Shown here piece after piece: positions 1-8,877 of a stretch of 64,000 nucleotides of DNA (positions are counted from its first letter, which is position 1; every line of letters starts with the position of its first letter). Position numbers and translations under genes: made by a program. The notes under the pieces were generated by a model that did no database searches, was not told where the DNA came from, and saw nothing but the letters and a program-made list of their open reading frames with translations. The DNA is from a virus (Duplodnaviria; Heunggongvirae; Uroviricota; Caudoviricetes): IMG/VR virus record IMGVR_UViG_3300034355_001008, one strand, 5' to 3'.

Positions 1-1
1 A

Positions 2-352
2 GAACACGGGCAAGGAAACGTTTCCTTAGATAAAAACAAAGGTCATCTTGTTTCAACAGACCAAGGCGGATCTTTTAATTTTAGAGCACAGGGCGGACAT
101 AAAGATTATGGACATGATATAGCAGAAAAAGATTCTTTGAAAAACCCTAGTATGTCAGAGGGAGCTAAGTTCTTTAATAAAGCAATGGAACATCCTGGAG
201 TTCGAGAACATGTTGTTAACTCATTAAAAAGTATGCACCCAGATAAAGTTCATAAGGCGTTTAAATCCTCTGGATTAAGTAACTGGGAAGAATTACATAA
301 TAATTTTAAACGTAGACATAAAAAACTGCTTGACAATCTAGAATCTTCGTAG
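2..352 (+). CDS. 5'-truncated ORF; C-terminal part of a possible HipA/PI3K-like kinase-fold protein
   Basis: The frame is open from base 2 to the TAG at 350-352 and reads EHGQGNVSLDKNKGHLVSTDQGGSFNFRAQGGHKDYG..., resembling the N..(x)n..D.GGS..FRAQG..K motif of phage kinase-like domains. The tracked ORF (137) is only its tail. Confidence 0.45.
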   Translation, partial: EHGQGNVSLDKNKGHLVSTDQGGSFNFRAQGGHKDYGHDIAEKDSLKNPSMSEGAKFFNKAMEHPGVREHVVNSLKSMHPDKVHKAFKSSGLSNWEELHNNFKRRHKKLLDNLESS

Positions 353-358
353 TATAAT
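330..358 (+). promoter_or_regulatory. sigma70-type (early) promoter
   Basis: Perfect TTGACA (330-335), 17-bp spacer, TATAAT (353-358). Confidence 0.9.
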
Positions 359-391
359 AAATTTATGTTAACTTTGAGTGGGAATTAAATT

Positions 392-748
392 ATGTGGATA
401 TGTACAAATTATGGGTTTTTTAGTGTTGTTAAAGTAAATCCATTATATATAAATGATGGTGATAATGCTGTAAATGAAGTTTTTGCTATTAGAGCTAGAG
501 ATATAAAACATTTACAGCACGGGTTTCCAAATAAAAAAGTTTTTCAATACCCTAACTCAGATTATGGATACAGGGTATATTTGACTGTAGAAGAATTAAA
601 TGAATTTTTGTTAAATGAAGTTCAACAAATAAATTATGCTAACTTTAAAAATTCAGTTAAAGATTCCAAATTACATAAATTCTTTAGTGAGATTTGGTAT
701 TTGGGAGTTTCTATTTTATGCGATAAACCTAATAATCGGAGGGTATAA
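392..748 (+). CDS. hypothetical protein (MWIxTxxGFFSxV family), probably early
   Basis: 118-aa ORF directly behind a consensus sigma70 promoter; no function recognised. Confidence 0.7.
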   Translation: MWICTNYGFFSVVKVNPLYINDGDNAVNEVFAIRARDIKHLQHGFPNKKVFQYPNSDYGYRVYLTVEELNEFLLNEVQQINYANFKNSVKDSKLHKFFSEIWYLGVSILCDKPNNRRV

Positions 749-751
749 ATA
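744..751 (+). promoter_or_regulatory. T4-type late promoter
   Basis: TATAAATA upstream of the cell-wall hydrolase gene. Confidence 0.7.
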
Positions 752-881
752 CTCCTATATCATTAAGTTTTGAAATTTTTTAACAAAATTAGTAGCTTTT
801 CAGGAAAAGATAAGTCCTAATTTCATAATTAAAAGTATTTGCTGGGATTGTATTGGATGCTTTTTAAGGAGAAAAACAAAG

Positions 882-1376
882 ATGTATTCAATTGCGAAAA
901 AGGCGATAATTCTTGCTATTACTCTAATAATAATATCAAAAGCGAGTTTCGCAGAATCGTTATATGACGAATCAGAAAAAACGTGCTTGGCTAAAGTAAT
1001 TTATCATGAAACCAGAGGAGAACCGCTATCTGGTAAAAAAGGTGTAGCTAAAGTTGTCTTAAATCGAAAATCCGATAAACATTTTCCCAAAACAATATGT
1101 TCAGTAGTTAATGAAATTACTACTCGTAAAGGGAGAAAAGTCTGTCAATTTTCATGGGTATGTACCCGACCCAAAATTAAATGGGGTAGTGCTGAGTGGA
1201 AAAATAGTTTAGAATTATCTAATGATATTCTAAGCAACAAGGTTTCTCTTCCAGACTTTGGTTTAAATGTATTGTTCTTCAGAAGTATTAACTGCAGACG
1301 AGGGTTTGGAAAGGGTAATTACAAGCTAGTGTCAAAACTAGGTAAAACTAACTTTTATACAAAGAAGATTGCTTAA
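882..1376 (+). CDS. cell wall hydrolase, SleB/Hydrolase_2 family
   Basis: CLAKVIYHETRGEP..GK..VA.VVLNR and CQFSW motifs; hydrophobic N-terminal signal-like segment; AAGGAG RBS. Confidence 0.88.
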   Translation: MYSIAKKAIILAITLIIISKASFAESLYDESEKTCLAKVIYHETRGEPLSGKKGVAKVVLNRKSDKHFPKTICSVVNEITTRKGRKVCQFSWVCTRPKIKWGSAEWKNSLELSNDILSNKVSLPDFGLNVLFFRSINCRRGFGKGNYKLVSKLGKTNFYTKKIA

Positions 1377-1600
1377 TGGAAAACTTTGAAGAAATGCATA
1401 AATTCTCGAATATTATTTTTGATAAAGTAAAATCGAGTAAACTAGAGTATCTGGATGCAATTGTATCGTACTGCTCAGAAAAAGAATTGGAAGTTGATTC
1501 GATTATATCGCTGATATCTCCAGCTCTTAAATCTAAAATGGAAGAAGAAGCTATTGGGCTGAGGTTGATAAAAAATTCATCTCCGCGCTTGACTTTTTAA
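1376..1600 (+). CDS. gp33: late transcription co-activator gp33
   Basis: YLDAIVSYC...E.DSI..LIS..LK.K.EEEA..LRLIK pattern; gp33-gp59-gp32 synteny. Confidence 0.85.
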   Translation: MENFEEMHKFSNIIFDKVKSSKLEYLDAIVSYCSEKELEVDSIISLISPALKSKMEEEAIGLRLIKNSSPRLTF

Positions 1601-1617
1601 AAGTAGTATAGTATAAT
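1589..1617 (+). promoter_or_regulatory. sigma70-type promoter for gp59/gp32
   Basis: TTGACT (1589-1594), 17-bp spacer, TATAAT (1612-1617). Confidence 0.8.
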
Positions 1618-1637
1618 TATTGAGTAGGTGAAACAAA

Positions 1638-2234
1638 ATGTCAGGATATACAGCTTGTTGCTTATATCGAGCCTTAAAACTACATTTTACAACAGATTAT
1701 GATTTCAATAAGTATAAAGGAAAAGTAAAATATACTCCTGCGCAGTTTGATAAAAATTCACATAAATATGTGTATGAAAAACTTGCAAAGAAATTTAGCG
1801 ATGAGGATCTTAAAAAATTCTTTATCGCTAATTTTTTGCAAAACGAAAACGTATGGGTTCAAGACTTGTTATCGCAGGAAGCATATGAAAATTTCGTAAA
1901 GTTTAATACGAAATGTCAATCATTATCTTATGTATTTGAAGGCGAGTTAATATCAATTTTTGGTGAAGAAAATCATAAATTGTTATTCAAATCAAATAGT
2001 GATGACCTTCCGTTATTGTTAACGAAGTTATTACGAAATGAAGTTTCTCCGGAAACTATATTAATTATGAATGAGTTTTTACATTTTCTACCTAAATGGG
2101 AAGTAAATATTAAAGATGAATTCGTTTGGCCAAAAGTTAAACTTAAATTGTTTAAATATAGGTCGTTTTTAGAGTATGATAAAAGTAAATTCAAAAAGAC
2201 GTTTATTAATACAGTTAAAGAATTTACCGAGTGA
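1638..2234 (+). CDS. gp59: helicase loader gp59
   Basis: Y.ALKLHFTT.YDF.KY.GK N-terminus; synteny with gp32. Confidence 0.9.
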   Translation: MSGYTACCLYRALKLHFTTDYDFNKYKGKVKYTPAQFDKNSHKYVYEKLAKKFSDEDLKKFFIANFLQNENVWVQDLLSQEAYENFVKFNTKCQSLSYVFEGELISIFGEENHKLLFKSNSDDLPLLLTKLLRNEVSPETILIMNEFLHFLPKWEVNIKDEFVWPKVKLKLFKYRSFLEYDKSKFKKTFINTVKEFTE

Positions 2235-2295
2235 AATAAGTTGTGTTAAGTTGTTAATACATTGTTTAAATTAATTGTTAATAAGGTGTTTATAT

Positions 2296-3225
2296 ATGGA
2301 CTTTTCTAAATTAAAAAAATCATCAGGCTCAAACTTAGAAAAAATGGCTAAAGCTGTTGAGCAAATGGCTGGCGGAAATCAAAATAGCGATGCAGATGAA
2401 TACTGGAAATGTGAGTTAGACAAATCTGGTAATGGTTATGCAGTTATTCGCTTTCTTCCAACATCTCCAAAAGATGCGGAATCAGATGGTCTTCCATGGG
2501 CAAAATATTATGATCATGGCTTTCAAGGTCCAGGTGGTTGGTATATCGAGAAATCTTTAACGTCAATCGGTCTTGACGATCCGTTAGGAAAATATAATAG
2601 CGAACTATGGGAATCAGGAATTGAGGCTAACAAGGAGCAAGCACGTAAGCAAAAACGTCGATTGCATTATGTCTCTAACATTTATATTGTTAAAGATACA
2701 AAACATCCTGAACATGAAGGAAAAGTATTTAAATATGTTTATGGTAAGAAAATTTTTGAAAAAATTACTCAAGCTATGAATCCTCAGTTTGAAGATGATA
2801 AACCAATCGATCCATTTGATTTCTGGGCTGGCGCAAACTTTAAATTAAAAATTCGTAAAGTTGACGGTTATCAAAATTACGATTTAGCTGAATTTGATAG
2901 CGCAGGTCCGTTGTTTGAAGATGATGATAAATTAGAAAAACTTTGGAAATCACAATATTCTTTACAAGAATTATTGGAACCTAAAAACTTTAAATCTTAT
3001 GCGGATTTAGATGCTAGGTTAAAAAGAGTTTTAGGTCAAACTAATCAATCAAAATACAAAACTGCTGAAGATTATACAGCAAAATCTCTTGATGAGGTTG
3101 AAGATGAAGTATTTGTACAAAATGTAGTTGAAAAGAAAACTACTGCTTCATTTGCTGCAGCCGTAATTGATGACGAGGAAGATGACGATATGTCATATTT
3201 CTCTAAACTTGTAGGTGATGATTAA
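2296..3225 (+). CDS. gp32: single-stranded DNA-binding protein gp32
   Basis: GNGYAVIRFLP, HGFQGPGGWYIEKSLT, YGKKIF.KI and DPFDFW.GANFKLKIRKV motifs plus acidic C-terminal tail. ATG at 2296 after an AAGG RBS is preferred over the TTG at 2275. Confidence 0.97.
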   Translation: MDFSKLKKSSGSNLEKMAKAVEQMAGGNQNSDADEYWKCELDKSGNGYAVIRFLPTSPKDAESDGLPWAKYYDHGFQGPGGWYIEKSLTSIGLDDPLGKYNSELWESGIEANKEQARKQKRRLHYVSNIYIVKDTKHPEHEGKVFKYVYGKKIFEKITQAMNPQFEDDKPIDPFDFWAGANFKLKIRKVDGYQNYDLAEFDSAGPLFEDDDKLEKLWKSQYSLQELLEPKNFKSYADLDARLKRVLGQTNQSKYKTAEDYTAKSLDEVEDEVFVQNVVEKKTTASFAAAVIDDEEDDDMSYFSKLVGDD

Positions 3226-3230
3226 ATAAG

Positions 3231-3257
3231 AAAGGGAGCTTCGGCTCCCTTTTTTTA
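3231..3257. terminator. bidirectional rho-independent terminator
   Basis: AAAGGGAGC-TTCG-GCTCCCTTT followed by a T run, between the convergent gp32 and tape-measure-like genes. Confidence 0.92.
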
Positions 3258-6200
3258 TGCCATTAATCCACCTTGCGTACTCCACATACTTCCTTCTTCC
3301 ATCATTTTTATAGTTGGATCATCGTTTCTTACCCCAGGAACAGATTTTCCTGTTCCTGCTGGAGCAGGTGGAGGAGGAGTTTGTTGAGCTTGCTGTTGTG
3401 GAGGTGCTGCAGGTTTAGGTGAAGTTTGTCCATTTTGATTTCCTGTTAAATTATTACGTTGTTCGTTTAATGAACTCATTTCTGTGTGAATATCAGATAA
3501 ACGATCTAGTTGTTTATCCATTGTTTCTTTATCAACATTAACTCCAGATTGACCAATTTCATTTCTTTCGTTTTCTAGAGTAGCTTTTTGTCTGTCAATT
3601 TCCGCAACCTGTTCTTCTGTGTCAGTATTTTTTACAGGAGATGCAGTATCTTTTCGACCTTCTAATATGTCACCTGGACCTACTTCTTTGCCATGCCTCA
3701 TATAATATCCAGGTTTTCCTGGAATTGGAGTTGTATGATATTTAGCCAAAGGATCTGGGTTGTTTACTGGATCTTTTTCGTGTGCTTCTGCTGCTTTATC
3801 TAACTCAGTTGGTTGATATTCTTCCGCAGTTCTTGTTGTAACTCCTCCTCCAGTTGTTACTTCTCTATGTTTATTAGTCGTAGTAGTATATTGCGACGTT
3901 TCTATTGTTTCTTTTGGAGAAACATGGTGTTCGTTTGCTGTAGTAACATTTTCCACAGTTTCAACGTATGGGGAAGGGTTTTCTTTGTTTATTCTATTAA
4001 ATTCAATATTATTTCGTTCTCTACTTATTTCACTATTTTTCGCATTTATTTCGTCAACTGTTAGGTTTCCTGGATTTTTAGCAAGTTCTTCTGCTTGTTG
4101 TGCAAGTTCCTCTTCTCTAATTTCATCTGGAGAAGCATTTGACATATCTTTTTTTGGCGCATATCTTGTTGCATGTTCTGTAACAGTTGATGAAGAAGCA
4201 GTTTTTGTCGTTACTTCGTCTTCTGCAGGAACATCATACGGGCTAGATTTTTCCTCTTCTCCTGGAGCTATAAAATATGGATTTCTTGTTCTATCTCCAG
4301 TAAGTTCTACTCCTTTTATTACAGGTTTTGCTGAAGAAGTTTCTTTTTTATCAGGTAAACTTTTACCCATAAGTTTTTCGGCATTTCTTACTCTTTCTGA
4401 AGAATGCCCTCCATGCATACTTGCTGCAGTTATTTCGTATTTTCTTTCAACAGATTTAGCAGCTCCTTCAGCAGTAGTTTGTTTTCGAAGGTCGTTTCCT
4501 GCGCTTTTATGTGAATTATTTAATTCCCAATCTACAAATTCCAACTGATCTTCAAGAGAAGCTCCAACTAAATCTTTATGCATTATTTCTTTAAATTTAG
4601 CTTGGCGATCTGGGTGCCATTGAGCTATCCCTACTGCTTTGCCTCCATCTCCGCGTCTTTCTCCTGATATTACATCTTTGTTAAAATTTCCTGATTCTCC
4701 TTGTAAGTTTCCAACAATTCCTGCAGCTTGTTCTTCTGTATACCCCTTATTCATAAAGAAGTTTTTTGCATATGCTGCTTTATCATCTCCTCCATTTAAT
4801 AACTCAGCTCCAACAACTGCTCCGCCAACTCTTGCTGCTGTTGGAGCAACAGCTTTAGCTGCGCTGCCCGCAGCTTTAGCGCCACCTAAAATTCCTCTTC
4901 CTATTTTTGAGAGTAAGCCAACTTTTTTTGCTGGATTTAGCGCAGAAACAGCAGCTGCGCCTGCAGCTTTAGGGTTAATTTTACCCAATAGTTTTGACCA
5001 GAAACCTTTATCTGCTTCACCCATTCCTCCTTCTTCTCCGCCTAAACCTCCCCCGCCTCCGCCATAAATGGGGGTTGCAGATCCCATTTCATTCTGACGA
5101 GCTTGCATATTTGCAGAATTTAAATCATTTGTAGCATTTTGTTGTGATTGTGATCGCGTTAACGAAGAAACATCTCTAGATATTGAATTAATAGTATCAT
5201 TTGTTTTTGCTAATACATTATAAATTTTATTTAATACTTCAATTGCAGATTTTCCTTGAACGTCTCCGCCACCGAAATGACTTTCACCGATTCTACCAGA
5301 ATCCCCGCCAGAGGGCATTGAATTAAATGTTGACCCAACTGAACCTCCGCCAGTAAATAATGATCCCATCCCTGCACTAATCCCCCTGAATGGATTTGAC
5401 CCCTTTCCAACAGCTGCTCCTAATGCTCCACCTGCTACATCTCCTAATAAATTACCTGCTCCTTTTTTTATATCTTCCCATGCTTCTCCTGGATGATCAA
5501 TTGCATTATCAACCCAATCTACTCCCTTTTGAGCTTTTTCTTGCCATTTGGTTTTTTCTTCGTCAGATAAATTTTCATAATATTCGCCTGCTGGTATTCC
5601 AATAGCAGCACCTAATCCTGCTCCTTTTAATGTAGTTTTACCTAAACTTGCAATTCCACTACCAACAGATTTTGCTCCCTCGACAACCTTTCCGCCAGCC
5701 CAATCTGCGCCCTGAACAATTTTATTTTTAGTCCAATCTGCAACTTTACCAAAAATACTTTGTTCTGGCGGCGGAGTTATTGTTTCTTGAACAGTTTCCG
5801 TCGCTCTTGTTGTGTTACTTCTAAATGGAGTTTCTGTAGCAGTGGAATTTGTTGCAGTTCTTGCTTGCTGCTGTTCTGCTTGCGCTCTTTGAATAGATTC
5901 CTGTGCGCGTTGTTCTCGGGCAGCTGCTCTTGCTGCCCGCTCTGTAGATAATGCTTCGTCTGCTTTATCTGCAGCACTTTTAAATACATTACTTACTTTT
6001 TTTAATGAAGGAATATTTTCGCCAATTACTTCAGCAGCACCCTTAAACAATTTTGGAGCAGCTTTAAATGCAGCTTTACCTGCTGCTCCTCCAAGTGCAG
6101 TAGTAGCAACATCTCCTGCAAAAGATGCTATTGCTCCTCCTTGACCTTTTAATGCTTGGCTATATAATTTTTCTGCACCTTGTCTATCACCAGCAGTTGC

Positions 6201-6425
6201 TGCTTCAACAAATTTCATTGCATCATCAGCGCTGGATATGTATTTTAATTGTTCTTTTTGACTTAAAGTTAAATTATTTAATTTACTTTCTCTTTCAACA
6301 ATCCAATTTCTATCTTTGCTATTTTGACTTACGCGAGAAAATTCATCTTTTGTTTGATTATATGCATTACTTGCATATTCTTTTGCATTATCTAAAAATG
6401 ATGTATCTGAATTATTAGTTGCCAT
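3255..6425 (-). CDS. tape-measure/gp29-like hub protein with phage tail lysozyme (Phage_lysozyme2-like) domain
   Basis: 1056 aa, Ala/Gly-rich and low complexity. Internal GYTEEQAAGIVGNLQGES...GIAQW..DR...QLEFVDWEL muramidase motif. Lies next to the gp26/gp51-like genes. Confidence 0.7.
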   Translation of the reverse strand: MATNNSDTSFLDNAKEYASNAYNQTKDEFSRVSQNSKDRNWIVERESKLNNLTLSQKEQLKYISSADDAMKFVEAATAGDRQGAEKLYSQALKGQGGAIASFAGDVATTALGGAAGKAAFKAAPKLFKGAAEVIGENIPSLKKVSNVFKSAADKADEALSTERAARAAAREQRAQESIQRAQAEQQQARTATNSTATETPFRSNTTRATETVQETITPPPEQSIFGKVADWTKNKIVQGADWAGGKVVEGAKSVGSGIASLGKTTLKGAGLGAAIGIPAGEYYENLSDEEKTKWQEKAQKGVDWVDNAIDHPGEAWEDIKKGAGNLLGDVAGGALGAAVGKGSNPFRGISAGMGSLFTGGGSVGSTFNSMPSGGDSGRIGESHFGGGDVQGKSAIEVLNKIYNVLAKTNDTINSISRDVSSLTRSQSQQNATNDLNSANMQARQNEMGSATPIYGGGGGGLGGEEGGMGEADKGFWSKLLGKINPKAAGAAAVSALNPAKKVGLLSKIGRGILGGAKAAGSAAKAVAPTAARVGGAVVGAELLNGGDDKAAYAKNFFMNKGYTEEQAAGIVGNLQGESGNFNKDVISGERRGDGGKAVGIAQWHPDRQAKFKEIMHKDLVGASLEDQLEFVDWELNNSHKSAGNDLRKQTTAEGAAKSVERKYEITAASMHGGHSSERVRNAEKLMGKSLPDKKETSSAKPVIKGVELTGDRTRNPYFIAPGEEEKSSPYDVPAEDEVTTKTASSSTVTEHATRYAPKKDMSNASPDEIREEELAQQAEELAKNPGNLTVDEINAKNSEISRERNNIEFNRINKENPSPYVETVENVTTANEHHVSPKETIETSQYTTTTNKHREVTTGGGVTTRTAEEYQPTELDKAAEAHEKDPVNNPDPLAKYHTTPIPGKPGYYMRHGKEVGPGDILEGRKDTASPVKNTDTEEQVAEIDRQKATLENERNEIGQSGVNVDKETMDKQLDRLSDIHTEMSSLNEQRNNLTGNQNGQTSPKPAAPPQQQAQQTPPPPAPAGTGKSVPGVRNDDPTIKMMEEGSMWSTQGGLMA

Positions 6426-6632
6426 CTATTGCATATTCCTTTTAGCTTCTTGTTGTTTTCGTCTTTCTTCTTTGTCTTTTAGATACTGCACCAATAAACC
6501 AACATAAACTTCCCTTTCCCAAGGGATCATCTCTTCCAACTCATGTAATCTGTATCCATGATGCTGCATCATGTTAAAATTTGTTTTATAAAAAGTTGTA
6601 AGATCAACATTACCAAGAATTAAATAAAAAAA
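6426..6632 (-). CDS. gp51: gp51-like baseplate/tail assembly ORF (not in the ORF track); probable -1 frameshift extension of the gp26-like gene
   Basis: Open frame FFYLILGNVDLTTFYKTNFNMMQHHGYRLHELEEMIPWEREVYVGLLVQYLKDKEERRKQQEAKRNMQ*. It matches the F..NF.LMQHH.Y.L.E.E.M.PWERE.Y family. The first ATG is only at 6572, and the TAG abuts the ATG at 6425. Confidence 0.8.
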   Translation of the reverse strand, partial: FFYLILGNVDLTTFYKTNFNMMQHHGYRLHELEEMIPWEREVYVGLLVQYLKDKEERRKQQEAKRNMQ

Positions 6633-7345
6633 TCAAAAATATCTCGTACTTCTATAGAATGATCAAATCCGCATTTATTACATTTAATACCTAATTTTTT
6701 AACGATTTTTGGTTCATTTGCAAAAAATTCTTCTATTTTTACATATTTTTCTGGAGGTAATTCTCCAATCCAATCAACAATATTTTGTAATGGAACATCT
6801 TTTGCGCTATAAGCTGAATTATCGTCATAAATAAATTCAACGTTTTTAGCAATTATTTCAAGAATTTGCTGCGGAGTAGGTAATGCATCACCAATAGCAT
6901 CTTTTTCAAATCTTTGATAACGTAATTTTAATCCAACTTTATCTGTTACTTCAATAATAGGAGAAATATCTGGTTTAATTATTTCCAATTCAGTCAAAAG
7001 ATTTAATTCGTGTTCCATAATATTATTACATTTTTTATCTTCTTCTGTTATATTTTCGCATCTATATTTTAATTCAAGGATTTCAGATTCAGATCTTGCT
7101 CGTAATTGATAAAATAAAAATTCAACATCATTTAATGGTAAATCAGCAACTTCTGTTGAATCAACACAACAATTTTGTGCTATTTGAATTATCGCATCAA
7201 CTAATGAATTATTATCTCCTGATTCTTTAGCCATGGCTAGAATCTTTTGTTCTTTTACGTTGTAAGGTCTATATTTTACAGTTAATTCTGATATTGGTAA
7301 TTTAACTGTATATGTTGGCATATCAATTTTTGGTAACAAACTCAT
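6620..7345 (-). CDS. gp26: baseplate hub assembly protein (gp26-like, T4_baseplate family)
   Basis: LPKID.PTY...LP......YRP..VKE.KIL start, CxxC near the C-terminus, ends DFF. Confidence 0.85.
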   Translation of the reverse strand: MSLLPKIDMPTYTVKLPISELTVKYRPYNVKEQKILAMAKESGDNNSLVDAIIQIAQNCCVDSTEVADLPLNDVEFLFYQLRARSESEILELKYRCENITEEDKKCNNIMEHELNLLTELEIIKPDISPIIEVTDKVGLKLRYQRFEKDAIGDALPTPQQILEIIAKNVEFIYDDNSAYSAKDVPLQNIVDWIGELPPEKYVKIEEFFANEPKIVKKLGIKCNKCGFDHSIEVRDIFDFFI

Positions 7346-7362
7346 ATTTTATTAATCCTATT

Positions 7363-8232
7363 TTATCTTAATCCAGATGATATTGTAAAGTTCGACAACC
7401 CAAGATTAGGCAATGTCGATGTCGCAGCTACAGGATTTCCGCTTTTGAAAGCTCCTTTTATGCTATTTATTGTTGCAGCAGTTTGAATTGCTGTTCCTAA
7501 TAATTCTCCTAATGGACCTCGTGAATAGTTCCCAGTTCCTTCTACTGATAAGAAATTGTATGAATATTCTGTGTATGCAAATGTAACATTTAATGATTGG
7601 GCTTCATTTTGAGCTGACCAAGATAATGGTACTTGATTTATTGATACGGGAAATGCATCATATAATGTTACTTCTACCAATGGATCTCCAGTAATAGCAA
7701 AATGTGTAATTTTTACTGTCCCAACATAATCTGCTTTGTATTGTACATTATATGTTGTTTCTTGTACTTTTTTACCTCTATAATTTATAGTTTCTGCTCT
7801 TCCTGTTATAAAAGAAATCCATTTTTGAAAAAATTTTCTAGTAATTTCTACTCCAGATCCTCTTGTATAGAATGCTAATGTAATATCGTTATATCCAGTC
7901 ATAACTGAAAATTTTTCAGTAACTCCATATATTTTCTGTGTTACTGTTGCAGTAGATTCTCCAGGTAATTCTGCAGAATGACATAAAAATGATAAACTTT
8001 TTTCTGATGAACTGCCTCCCGATATAGTAAAATTTCCAGAAGATTGATCGGGGGGTATTTGTGAAAATATTTCAACTTTAAAATATGCAGTTCTACCAAC
8101 ATCATATTTTCTTAATTCAGCTATTCCTTCTGCCATATTATTTTTTGTTGCTGGACCCGACCCATTCATTAAAGTATTAAAACCGCTTTTAATACTTCCG
8201 GCTGTATCTGATAGTGTATCGAAAAATGACAT
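7363..8232 (-). CDS. gp54: baseplate-tail tube initiator (gp54-like, tube fold)
   Basis: LCHSAELPG, Y.DITLAFY and L..AFP.SIN.V.LSW...N....L.VTFAY gp19-like motifs; position between gp2 and gp26. Confidence 0.65.
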   Translation of the reverse strand: MSFFDTLSDTAGSIKSGFNTLMNGSGPATKNNMAEGIAELRKYDVGRTAYFKVEIFSQIPPDQSSGNFTISGGSSSEKSLSFLCHSAELPGESTATVTQKIYGVTEKFSVMTGYNDITLAFYTRGSGVEITRKFFQKWISFITGRAETINYRGKKVQETTYNVQYKADYVGTVKITHFAITGDPLVEVTLYDAFPVSINQVPLSWSAQNEAQSLNVTFAYTEYSYNFLSVEGTGNYSRGPLGELLGTAIQTAATINSIKGAFKSGNPVAATSTLPNLGLSNFTISSGLR

Positions 8233-8244
8233 TATTGTTTTCCT

Positions 8245-8877
8245 CTAAAGTGTCATATCTTGTGTAGCCATAGATTCTTTCCATACATATTGTTTTGATT
8301 TTTTCATAAATGATTCAATTGGAAGAGAAGCTGCGAACCCCCAATCTTCAGGGGGAATTAATTTTATTTCTGATCTAATATTAGATTTTAAATATTGTTT
8401 AAAGCAAGGTTCAAAAAATGCAAATTCTTGAACTCCTTTTAGATTTTCGTATTTAATGTTTAATCTATCTAATTGTCCATCTTTAGTAACTGATTTTTGC
8501 ATTAAATTGCTCAACAAAATTAATCTTGGTTCTGGTGGTAAATAATGTAAATTTAATCCAGTAAATCCGCCTTGATGTATTCCTGTTAAAAAAATTAATG
8601 GAAATGTATCGTAATATGGTAAACTTTTTCTTCCTTTTGGATCATAATGAAACAAATACATTTTACCAACTTCGAACATATTAGTTTTATTAGCGCCAGG
8701 AGCCAATAAATCTTTTTGTTTTGGAATATGTTCTGATTTTTCTTTTGATCCTATACTTTGTAAAGATTTTATTTCATTTTTAAACCACGTTATTGCTTCA
8801 GTAACATTTCTTAACGTAAATTTAAAATGAAATTTTGAATCTAAAGGTTCAGCTGGTCCAGGTTGCATATTATTCAT
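8245..8877 (-). CDS. gp2: DNA end protector protein gp2
   Basis: GKMYLF.YDPK....LPYYD.FPLIF...GF.GLNLHYLP motif. Confidence 0.9.
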   Translation of the reverse strand: MNNMQPGPAEPLDSKFHFKFTLRNVTEAITWFKNEIKSLQSIGSKEKSEHIPKQKDLLAPGANKTNMFEVGKMYLFHYDPKGRKSLPYYDTFPLIFLTGIHQGGFTGLNLHYLPPEPRLILLSNLMQKSVTKDGQLDRLNIKYENLKGVQEFAFFEPCFKQYLKSNIRSEIKLIPPEDWGFAASLPIESFMKKSKQYVWKESMATQDMTL

